Shown here one piece after another: positions 16,579 to 23,829 of a stretch of DNA of 32,000 bases. Below the pieces are notes generated by a model. It did no database searches. It was not told the DNA's origin and saw nothing but the letters and a program-made list of their open reading frames with translations. Source of the DNA: Anaerovoracaceae bacterium. Lineage in GTDB: Bacteria; Bacillota; Clostridia; Peptostreptococcales; Anaerovoracaceae. The translations under genes were made by a program, and so were the position numbers. Within the stretch, counting starts at the first letter, position 1, and every line of letters starts with the position of its first letter. The stretch lies in the NCBI GenBank assembly GCA_963676445.1, contig OY781100.1, positions 1,300,104 through 1,332,103 of the forward strand, written 5' to 3'.

Positions 16579-17055
16579 TTATCTGTAATTTTCCGGAAGC
16601 GTAAAGCTTTCCAATACGTTGATTCCGTCATAAGTAAAGTCCGTATCAAAGGTAATTGGATCATCGGAGCTGTCATCGAGCGTAGCAACAGGTATGGATG
16701 CAAAGATAACATTTGTCATTACGACTTCCTGTCTTCCGATGGTGGATTGCGTATCCTCGTTATACACCTGCAGCGTAATTCCCGTGTAACTGCCTTCTTT
16801 CAGATAAGCCAGTGCCTGTTTCAGCACTTCACTATTCATGAAATACATCGTCAAGCTGCCAGTTCCCTCGGCTCCCGTCACTTTATGCTGCGTCATCCGG
16901 CTGCCAAGCATTCTTTTTGCCGAGACTGTTAAATCCAGCTGCGCCTTTAAGCTAGAAACCTCAAAGAGTTCTCTGTTGGAGCCGTTGATTGTGATATAGG
17001 CCTTACCCTCATGAGAGGATATCGTATCCGCGATTCTTGTATAGTTATCTGACAT
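16579..17055 (-). CDS. Tail tube protein (XkdM-like)
   Basis: 158 aa, immediately downstream of the sheath gene. Size and sequence style (..GKAYITINGSNRELFEVSSLKAQLD..GTGSLTMY..) are typical of XkdM-type tube proteins. Confidence 0.75.
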   Translation of the reverse strand: MSDNYTRIADTISSHEGKAYITINGSNRELFEVSSLKAQLDLTVSAKRMLGSRMTQHKVTGAEGTGSLTMYFMNSEVLKQALAYLKEGSYTGITLQVYNEDTQSTIGRQEVVMTNVIFASIPVATLDDSSDDPITFDTDFTYDGINVLESFTLPENYR

Positions 17056-17070
17056 TGTTTTATCCCCCTT

Positions 17071-18117
17071 TTAAGATAAGTTCACTGTAATATAGATTTT
17101 TTCTACGCTGTCAACCGGCTGAACATAGCATTCAATCACGACAGCATCCGAATCAGTCCCCGCTGAAACTACAACATCATCCTCGGTAAAATTCTGAATA
17201 GCGGACAAATTTTGAAGCTCACTGAAATACTGCACCAAGGTTGCCCGCAGCAATGCTCTTCCGTCGGCGTTGTTGTTCGTTTTGCCAATGTAGTTTGATT
17301 CAAAAATTTCTACGATATCATTGTTGATACCGTCTACCGTTCTCATCACTCTGTTTTTCCTGAAAAGTTCGCCCTTGTCCACGGTATATGAAACCAGTGA
17401 GTTGATATCATACACAGCAGTTACATTCTGCGCGGAATCGACTTTAAAAATAAACTTTCCGGCCGATACGGCAGCTTCCATTTCGCTTTTGGTCATTCTT
17501 GGCGATACATCAATAGCATCGATGTATTTTTTTCCTGTATTCGACTGGTAAATTGCGGCTCCCGCAGTTACCCCGGCTACCCAGGCAGTGGTCTGGGCAT
17601 TGGACAGTACGGTTCCGTTAGAAAGCTTCACACCTTGCGTAACGTTGATCACACCTTCATAATCTCCGTCGTAATCTGCCATAACTGCCTGTATTTTACG
17701 TCCTTCCGTATCTCTCATCGCCGCGATCCAGGTTCTGATCGAGGACTGATTATCCGCATATGTTGCCGCGCCAAAAGGATAGCAAAGAGTATTAAATTCA
17801 ATTGTCTTTAACGCTTCCAATGCGTTGGAAAGCACCGTCGAAGTATGTTCGGAGCCCAGGTTATATACGATAACCGTTTTGGCCCCCTTTAGCGCCTGAT
17901 TGACCAGAAGTTTATCGCTATCCGCTGCTCCAACAGGATATTCACTCGCATCGGTTGCAGTAATGATATACATCTCTCCTGCCGCTCCGACCGACATCTC
18001 CTGCAGCAATGCGACAGTCCCTCTGTCACCGGGTGTAATTGACAGTGCTGCATTCGTAAGAAAGTTTATGTAAGCACCCGGTAATATTTTGTTTTGGCTG
18101 GTCCATGTTCCTCCCAT
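17071..18117 (-). CDS. Contractile tail sheath protein (compact form)
   Basis: 348 aa. The N-terminus MGGTWTSQNKILPGAYINF is a hallmark of Firmicute phage and tailocin sheath proteins. RBS GGAGG. Followed by the tube gene. Confidence 0.85.
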   Translation of the reverse strand: MGGTWTSQNKILPGAYINFLTNAALSITPGDRGTVALLQEMSVGAAGEMYIITATDASEYPVGAADSDKLLVNQALKGAKTVIVYNLGSEHTSTVLSNALEALKTIEFNTLCYPFGAATYADNQSSIRTWIAAMRDTEGRKIQAVMADYDGDYEGVINVTQGVKLSNGTVLSNAQTTAWVAGVTAGAAIYQSNTGKKYIDAIDVSPRMTKSEMEAAVSAGKFIFKVDSAQNVTAVYDINSLVSYTVDKGELFRKNRVMRTVDGINNDIVEIFESNYIGKTNNNADGRALLRATLVQYFSELQNLSAIQNFTEDDVVVSAGTDSDAVVIECYVQPVDSVEKIYITVNLS

Positions 18118-18135
18118 GATTAATCCTCCGTTTCA

Positions 18136-18552
18136 TTAAATATTGGTTGATGTTTCTGCTTGCTGCATATAAGTTATGTCTTCAGCTTTCATTTCTGAGT
18201 AGCTGATGTCAAAGGTTACATGCAGCACGTTTTCTGTGATTTGAGCATTTTTATTCCTGACCCGATACGCGCCTACCGCATTGAATGCCTTTAGTATCAT
18301 TTCCTGAACTCCGCAGCAATCTGCTCTGATTTCCGTTGTGGCTTTATCGCTGAAGTAGGCAAGGTCAAAGGATAATGTGCTCTGATATTTGGTATTCAGC
18401 TTTTTGCCGTATACCTGCTTGGTTATCATAATTAAAAAATAAGGCGCCGTGGAATCTGCAGGAGCACTCTCATCAAATACCTTGTAGCCGTCTGCTACGG
18501 GAAATAATGTGCTCAGCTTGTCCACGATCGCCTGTTTGACGTCGTTGATCAT
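18136..18552 (-). CDS. Tail completion / terminator-like protein (XkdJ position)
   Basis: 138 aa with RBS GAAGGTGA, directly upstream of the sheath gene. The assignment rests on position and size only. Confidence 0.45.
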   Translation of the reverse strand: MINDVKQAIVDKLSTLFPVADGYKVFDESAPADSTAPYFLIMITKQVYGKKLNTKYQSTLSFDLAYFSDKATTEIRADCCGVQEMILKAFNAVGAYRVRNKNAQITENVLHVTFDISYSEMKAEDITYMQQAETSTNI

Positions 18553-18694
18553 GTGTTATCACCTTCTTTACAAGTTCCGTTTAATACGAAACAACTTATG
18601 TCTAATCTAATGGCTAAGGATATGACATTCGAGGCGCCTCCTCATTAGCAACTAGTAACTATTATTCATCAATGTTTACTGCTGCTCTATCTAC

Positions 18695-19510
18695 TTAAAC
18701 ATTACGTAATTTTCGCAATTGCTCTTTCTCAGATTCAAATACTATTTTTCGGTCTTCCCCCAAAATCTCATCAATTTTGCTAAGTGATTCTATTAATTGG
18801 CCTAACTCAATAATGTTCAAACTTGCCAAATGATCTGACCCTGGTAACTGCTTATTTAATGTTATATGTCTTTCAATAATCTGAGCTCCTAGTGATTTTG
18901 CTACTAATGTAGGTAAGAATCCTTCTTCATGGCCGCTATAGCCGATTTTGTAATTAAAGTACTTTTCCTTCATAGTTACTATGTAGTTTAAATTCATTTC
19001 GCTGGTTTTACAGGGATAAGAGCTATTGCAATGAAGGATACCAACGAGATTATGAAGATTCTGAACAGCTTGAGATATTTCATACTCCGTGCTCATTCCG
19101 GTACTAATAATTACATCCATCCCATAAGAGTTCACTCGCTCTAGCAAATCGATATTAGTTATACAGGCACTAGGAATTTTAACGAACGGAATATCATATT
19201 GACCAATAAAGTTTAAACTATCGACATCCCAGACACTAGCGCTCCAAAGGATCGATTGTTCCTTACAAAACTTTTCTATTTCATCGTATTCCTTTTTCCC
19301 AAACTCAATCTTATGTCGGTAGTCAATATAGTCCATTCTTCCAAATATTGAATCCTTTTTAATATGCTTTTGGTCTTCTGGAACACACACTTCCGGACTC
19401 CGTTTTTGAAATTTAACAACATCAGCGCCGCATCGTTTAGCTTCATAAATTAATCTCTTAGCTATTTTCAAATCACCATTATGATTGATTCCTATTTCTG
19501 CTATAAACAT
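18695..19510 (-). CDS. NeuB-family (sialic/pseudaminic/legionaminic-acid-synthase-like) PEP-condensing enzyme lacking the SAF domain
   Basis: 271 aa. N-terminal FIAEIGINHNGDLKIAKRLIYEAKRCGADVVKFQKR is the classic NeuB/SpsE/PseI signature. The protein ends shortly after ..ERHITL...PGSDH.ASL.., with no room for the ~60-aa C-terminal SAF domain. It overlaps the upstream gene by 10 nt. Confidence 0.8.
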   Translation of the reverse strand: MFIAEIGINHNGDLKIAKRLIYEAKRCGADVVKFQKRSPEVCVPEDQKHIKKDSIFGRMDYIDYRHKIEFGKKEYDEIEKFCKEQSILWSASVWDVDSLNFIGQYDIPFVKIPSACITNIDLLERVNSYGMDVIISTGMSTEYEISQAVQNLHNLVGILHCNSSYPCKTSEMNLNYIVTMKEKYFNYKIGYSGHEEGFLPTLVAKSLGAQIIERHITLNKQLPGSDHLASLNIIELGQLIESLSKIDEILGEDRKIVFESEKEQLRKLRNV

Positions 19511-20172
19511 ACTCCTCTACTCTCCTTCTCGTACTTCCACTTGGCAAATTCATAATCTTCCTGAGTATCAACATCAATAGTCTCATCATTGGGAATAAGT
19601 AATGGCAAAAATCCATTCTTCAACATGTACCCATCCTCAAAGAACATATTTTTATGAAATATGTGAAAACAGTGTGCAGTCTGATAAAGTGGCTTAATCT
19701 CTTTTGTTGAAAGTCTTTTATAATCAATCTCATTTATAGCCTTTCCATTCTTTTCAATAATCCAGTTTTGTAAAAGCTTAACGCTGGTGGCATAATCGGC
19801 TTCGGATTGCTGAAATTGGTAGATAGCATTACAGATTGTTTCACGCTTCAAAAAAAGCAGGCAAGGGTTTAAGAACATCAAATGGGAATCTATGACCGTC
19901 TCTAAGTCACGAAAGATAAACGACAAAGGTCCTTCTGCTTCAACACTATCCTTGCTGCGCCAAATAATCTGTATATTCGAGTAACGTGCAGCAATTTCAC
20001 CAAGTTCAGTATCATAAATAAGAACATATCTATTGATATCTTCCGGCATACTATTAATTTTTTGACAAGCAATATCAAATAAACACGTCTCACCTATTGG
20101 TAAAATAAGTTTCCTTGGCAATCGCTCGCTTGTGAGTCTAGCAGGTAAAAACACTCCTATCTTCTTATTCAT
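19501..20172 (-). CDS. Cytidylyltransferase of the CMP-sugar synthetase / SpsF (CTP_transf_3) type
   Basis: 223 aa from ATG 20172, an 8-nt overlap with the radical-SAM stop. The track start at 20262 is an upstream extension. N-terminal IGVFLPARLTSERLPRKLILPIG matches the ARxGSxRLPxK loop of this family. Confidence 0.7.
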   Translation of the reverse strand: MNKKIGVFLPARLTSERLPRKLILPIGETCLFDIACQKINSMPEDINRYVLIYDTELGEIAARYSNIQIIWRSKDSVEAEGPLSFIFRDLETVIDSHLMFLNPCLLFLKRETICNAIYQFQQSEADYATSVKLLQNWIIEKNGKAINEIDYKRLSTKEIKPLYQTAHCFHIFHKNMFFEDGYMLKNGFLPLLIPNDETIDVDTQEDYEFAKWKYEKESRGVCL

Positions 20173-20983
20173 AACGAATACTATTCCTTCCCTGTGTATA
20201 TCTACCACCATTATGATTACAGTAATAGCACGGTGAGGCTTTATCATAAATACCCTTTTCACAATTATGCCGGAAAGTCGTTGCCTTTTGAGATTTTAAA
20301 ATATCTGTTAAAGAATTTTCATATAAATCCCCTATGATAAACGGTTTCTGTGTGTTGATGTCATTTCTGATATTGCAACAGGGGGAAACTGTCCCATCAT
20401 AATTGACTCCTACAAAATATGAGGGCTCTAAGCATTGACAATTCCTTTTTATCAAAGAATACTCCGGCAAGGTTCCCCCTCGGTCTGTAATCTTAGCTTT
20501 ATTATCTAGCCAGTCAACGAAATATAACATCTGTAAATCTCCTCGGTGAGCAAATATATATGGATATGCAATCTCATCAATGTCAGCACCCCAGGATTCT
20601 AATTGTTCGGCACACACTTCTACGCCCTTTTTGTCATAATCCATGATGGTTAATTCATTAATCAATAAGTTATCCAGCACTTCTATACACAAAAAATCGC
20701 CATTGGTATTGGTTATTAGTTTATTTCTTGGTAATATATGTTTAATCCGTTTCAATCTTTGCTTAAAAAGCTCTACATGCGAGAAAGGCTCATTGAATCT
20801 TGAAAAAGTTATTGCACCTTGATATTCATTTACTCGCAGTTCATATAGTAAAGATAATAAAATATCCTCTCCAAGTTCTATGTTCTCTTTTCTCCTATTC
20901 ACAAAACGGTTTGGGCACCAAAGACAAGTTCTATTACAATTTGAAAAAAGTTCGATTTCAATCAACCTTAAATTTTGTATCAT
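20165..20983 (-). CDS. Radical SAM enzyme with SPASM/twitch-like C-terminal cysteine motifs
   Basis: 272 aa. CNRTCLWC (CX3CX2C) at residues 16-23. C-terminal CX12GX4C (CLEPSYFVGVNYDGTVSPC) and CYYC. ATGA overlap with the upstream gene. Confidence 0.8.
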   Translation of the reverse strand: MIQNLRLIEIELFSNCNRTCLWCPNRFVNRRKENIELGEDILLSLLYELRVNEYQGAITFSRFNEPFSHVELFKQRLKRIKHILPRNKLITNTNGDFLCIEVLDNLLINELTIMDYDKKGVEVCAEQLESWGADIDEIAYPYIFAHRGDLQMLYFVDWLDNKAKITDRGGTLPEYSLIKRNCQCLEPSYFVGVNYDGTVSPCCNIRNDINTQKPFIIGDLYENSLTDILKSQKATTFRHNCEKGIYDKASPCYYCNHNGGRYTQGRNSIRYE

Positions 20984-21669
20984 AGCCTATTCACCGCCTT
21001 CCATTTAAAAAATGCCTCTTCCCCATTAACAAAATCAACGGGTTTTATCTGTCCATGATATTCAAATAATAGCCAGCTTAGATACATTGAATACCTAATT
21101 AAAATTTGATCTATTTCTGCAAGGTGATTTGTAGTAACATAGTATAATGATTTTCCAATTTTCTTAAAATCTGAAAAGCGATGTTTTGTTTTATAGAATC
21201 TTTTTATGTCGTTTTCTGGAAAAAATAGCTTCATGGCATATTGAGTTTTGAGCTCCTTTTGAGTAGCAAATCCTGTATTGATATCATCAATAATAACTGC
21301 CATAACCTTTCTGTTACTGTTAATGCTTTGGAGGGCATCATATCTATGCCCTCCTTCTTTTATTCGACCATCACGATAACAAATAAATGCCCAATACGTC
21401 CCGTTCTTTTCGATATCTTCTCCTAAAGATTTCAGAAACAAACCGGAGTTTATGAATCTATCATTATACACTTTGCTACGGTCTGTATAGTTACCACTAT
21501 ATCTCGGAAGAAGTTCTTTATAGTTGACATATTTCACTTCTGCTCGATAAGCTTTAATATATTCCAAAAGGTTCTCGAAGTATCCCAGATACAATTGAGT
21601 TACCTCCTGTACGGAGAAGTGTTCTTTCGTGAAATATTCTTGACCACAAATAGGATAAAGTTGTATCAT
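20980..21669 (-). CDS. Hypothetical protein with a possible ParB/Srx-like (ParBc) core
   Basis: 229 aa from ATG 21669 (RBS TAGGAGG). The track start at 21747 is an extension. The segment LKSLGEDIEKNGTYWAFICYRDGRIKEGGHRYDALQSINSNRKVMAVII aligns by eye to the ParB N-terminal pattern (..SI...G...P......I.DGHHR..A......). This is a weak call. Confidence 0.35.
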   Translation of the reverse strand: MIQLYPICGQEYFTKEHFSVQEVTQLYLGYFENLLEYIKAYRAEVKYVNYKELLPRYSGNYTDRSKVYNDRFINSGLFLKSLGEDIEKNGTYWAFICYRDGRIKEGGHRYDALQSINSNRKVMAVIIDDINTGFATQKELKTQYAMKLFFPENDIKRFYKTKHRFSDFKKIGKSLYYVTTNHLAEIDQILIRYSMYLSWLLFEYHGQIKPVDFVNGEEAFFKWKAVNRL

Positions 21670-21677
21670 AAAGCCTC

Positions 21678-21911
21678 CTATAAAATGATATTGCATTGGG
21701 AGCATTGACCCGAATCTTCTGGCATAATATAATGACATACAGGGCAATAAATTTTTCCATTCATCTCGGAATTAAGTATTGGATTTTCTGGAAGAGCAAT
21801 AATCTCTTCAAAGATATCGAAAGTATTTCCATACATTAATTCAGCGACTTCAAGTGACTCAGCAATGATTCGATTAACATACTCTCCATTTTTTTTTATT
21901 ATAACATTCAT
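21678..21911 (-). CDS. Small protein with C-terminal Cys4 zinc-ribbon-like motif
   Basis: 77 aa from ATG 21911 (RBS GGAGACAGG), 9 nt after the glycine-rich gene. C-terminus CPVCHYIMPEDSGQCSQCNIIL. The N-terminus (MNVIIKKNGEYVNRIIA) resembles those of small phage tail-cluster proteins. Confidence 0.6.
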   Translation of the reverse strand: MNVIIKKNGEYVNRIIAESLEVAELMYGNTFDIFEEIIALPENPILNSEMNGKIYCPVCHYIMPEDSGQCSQCNIIL

Positions 21912-21919
21912 CCTGTCTC

Positions 21920-22795
21920 CTATATATAATACCCAACGACAATAACACCTTGGCATCCATTACCACCTTTGGCTGAAACTCCGTTATAGAATCCCGAACC
22001 GCCACCCCCACCACCAGCTCCAAATTTGCTTCCATCGGAACCTTGATAAGCGGTCGTAGCACCCTCTCTTCCGGTCGGACCGTTTCCTCCAGTGCCTCCA
22101 CCACCAGCACCTCCCTTTCCTCCAGGATAAGGTATTGAATATTGCCCATCTGAATCAGAGTCACTTTCCCAGGCACCGCCCCCACCACCACCGCCACAAT
22201 AAACAGCACCAGTAAACGGATTAATACATGGAAAATAGTTTCCAAGCCCTCCAATTATATAGTGCCCATCAGAGGGTTCCATTAATCCATCTTCACCTTT
22301 GCCTCCTGTAATTCCACTTCCCCCATTTCCTCCTGCAGGATGTTGTCTTCCTTGATGTCCTCCACCACCTCCTCCCGTACCGCCTCTCGGTGCTCTATAT
22401 GATCGGGATCCTATATATTCATCTGGACTAGCCGAAGTAGGATTTCCTCTTCCTCCCAAAACAGAAACTGATCCTAAAGAGGTAGCCCCCCCATCAGTTC
22501 CGTAGTGCATATTCCCACCATAACCTGTTCTAGCTCCACCGATGCCTCCAGAACCTATAACAGCTGATAGAGTTTCACCTGACGTTACATTTATTCTATT
22601 AAACGAAGCATATCCGCCACCTCCACCAGGTCCTCCTGCATAAGTGCTGCCGCCACAACCGCCTCCTCCGCCGCCAACAAGGAATACATAAAGTTCACTC
22701 ACTCCGTATGGAACAGTAAATCTCCCTGAAGATGTAATTTCTACTGTCTTCAAAGCTTTAGTTCCGCCGCCGCCACATCGAATCATAGTAGTCAT
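21920..22795 (-). CDS. Glycine-rich (poly-G block) tail-associated protein
   Basis: 291 aa from ATG 22795 (TAATG overlap with the fibre stop, RBS GAGGGGGGA). The track start at 22855 is an extension. It has more than ten G-rich blocks (GGGGGGCGG, GGPGGGGG, GGTGGGGGG, CGGGGGGG, GGKGGAGGGGTGGNG...) separated by short beta-like segments, plus several Cys residues. Confidence 0.7.
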   Translation of the reverse strand: MTTMIRCGGGGTKALKTVEITSSGRFTVPYGVSELYVFLVGGGGGGCGGSTYAGGPGGGGGYASFNRINVTSGETLSAVIGSGGIGGARTGYGGNMHYGTDGGATSLGSVSVLGGRGNPTSASPDEYIGSRSYRAPRGGTGGGGGGHQGRQHPAGGNGGSGITGGKGEDGLMEPSDGHYIIGGLGNYFPCINPFTGAVYCGGGGGGGAWESDSDSDGQYSIPYPGGKGGAGGGGTGGNGPTGREGATTAYQGSDGSKFGAGGGGGGSGFYNGVSAKGGNGCQGVIVVGYYI

Positions 22796-23829
22796 TACGC
22801 ATCCCCCCTCACCGTGAATACTACAGGAATATTTATCGTAGGTTTTGTACCCCATGCTCTCAACGTTACAGAATTCGTGGTCTGAGAGTAGCCAATAATA
22901 TTAGCAGCTTGCAGCGCTTGTAGTTGCGCCTGCGTAATTGAAGTTGCAGGCGTCAGATCCTGGTTGCTGACAGCGGTAACACCCGGGACAATTACTGTAT
23001 ATATATAAGGTGCCGATGATCCTGACCATGACGACGACGATAATGTTACAGATACAGATTTGGATTTCGTGGCAACAGCTACTCCGTTTGCCTGTACCGT
23101 ACCAGTCCCTTTAGAGATTAGATTTAACGATACATTTGTGTCTCCACCTGAGGCCGAGATCGACGGAGCACTTCCTGTAACTGCATTTTTTACAGTAATC
23201 TCATTGACTGCCGATGATACAACCGATGAAGCTTTAATAAGTTCATTGCCATTAGCATCTGCAATATAGCCTCCACTGGCAATCTTGGGAGCGGTTAAAC
23301 TTTTATTTGAAAGAGTTTCCGATTTAGAAGCCTGCGACGCATCAGCACCTTGGCTTAACAATTGAAAATAGCTTTCATCATAGATAACCTGAATAATTTT
23401 TCCTGCCGTTATATCGCCGGTTAGCAAGGCGGTCGAGGTTTCACGAACTATATTTACAGCACCAAGCCCATTGACGTTCAGACTAGCCACAGTAGAGTTC
23501 GCAGTTGGGCATTTCACATAGAGCGGAACCCCTATAAGCTGAGAGTATGCTGTTATACCCTCAATAGTAATGGAATATGCATCGGTTGATCCCGAATCAA
23601 GCGCATAATAAATATGATGACTGTAGTCTGATTTATGTGCTTCAATTGATTCTGAATTTTCTATGTCTGCCTCTGCCCGCGCTACTGCCTCCGAGGCAAT
23701 CCCATCCGCATTAACTTTCAATACCTGATCGACCGTGTCAAAATTATCATTCAGATCTTCAATGTCAATCACATCTGTGGATTGCGGCTTATTTAAGTCA
23801 TAATTCGATGTAGTAAGCATAGTTATCAC
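22795..23829 (-). CDS. Tail fibre protein (module A, short fibre)
   Basis: 344 aa. Fibre-type N-terminus (SNYDLNKPQSTDVIDIEDLNDNFDTVD), then a coiled-coil-like alanine-rich stretch. ATGA overlap with the upstream XkdU-like gene. Confidence 0.7.
   Translation of the reverse strand: MITMLTTSNYDLNKPQSTDVIDIEDLNDNFDTVDQVLKVNADGIASEAVARAEADIENSESIEAHKSDYSHHIYYALDSGSTDAYSITIEGITAYSQLIGVPLYVKCPTANSTVASLNVNGLGAVNIVRETSTALLTGDITAGKIIQVIYDESYFQLLSQGADASQASKSETLSNKSLTAPKIASGGYIADANGNELIKASSVVSSAVNEITVKNAVTGSAPSISASGGDTNVSLNLISKGTGTVQANGVAVATKSKSVSVTLSSSSWSGSSAPYIYTVIVPGVTAVSNQDLTPATSITQAQLQALQAANIIGYSQTTNSVTLRAWGTKPTINIPVVFTVRGDA

Noticed and set aside
18631-18640. Perfect 10-bp palindrome GAGGCGCCTC in the junction before module B, considered as a possible operator
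   Set aside because: Perfect 10-bp palindromes are expected roughly 30 times by chance in 32 kb. There is no second copy and no adjacent promoter-like -35/-10 pair.
21874-22254. 126-aa minus-strand ORF overlapping the glycine-rich gene in another frame
   Set aside because: It is an alternative frame of GC-rich Gly-codon DNA (low stop-codon density). The main frame has the coupled start, the RBS and a coherent repeat architecture.
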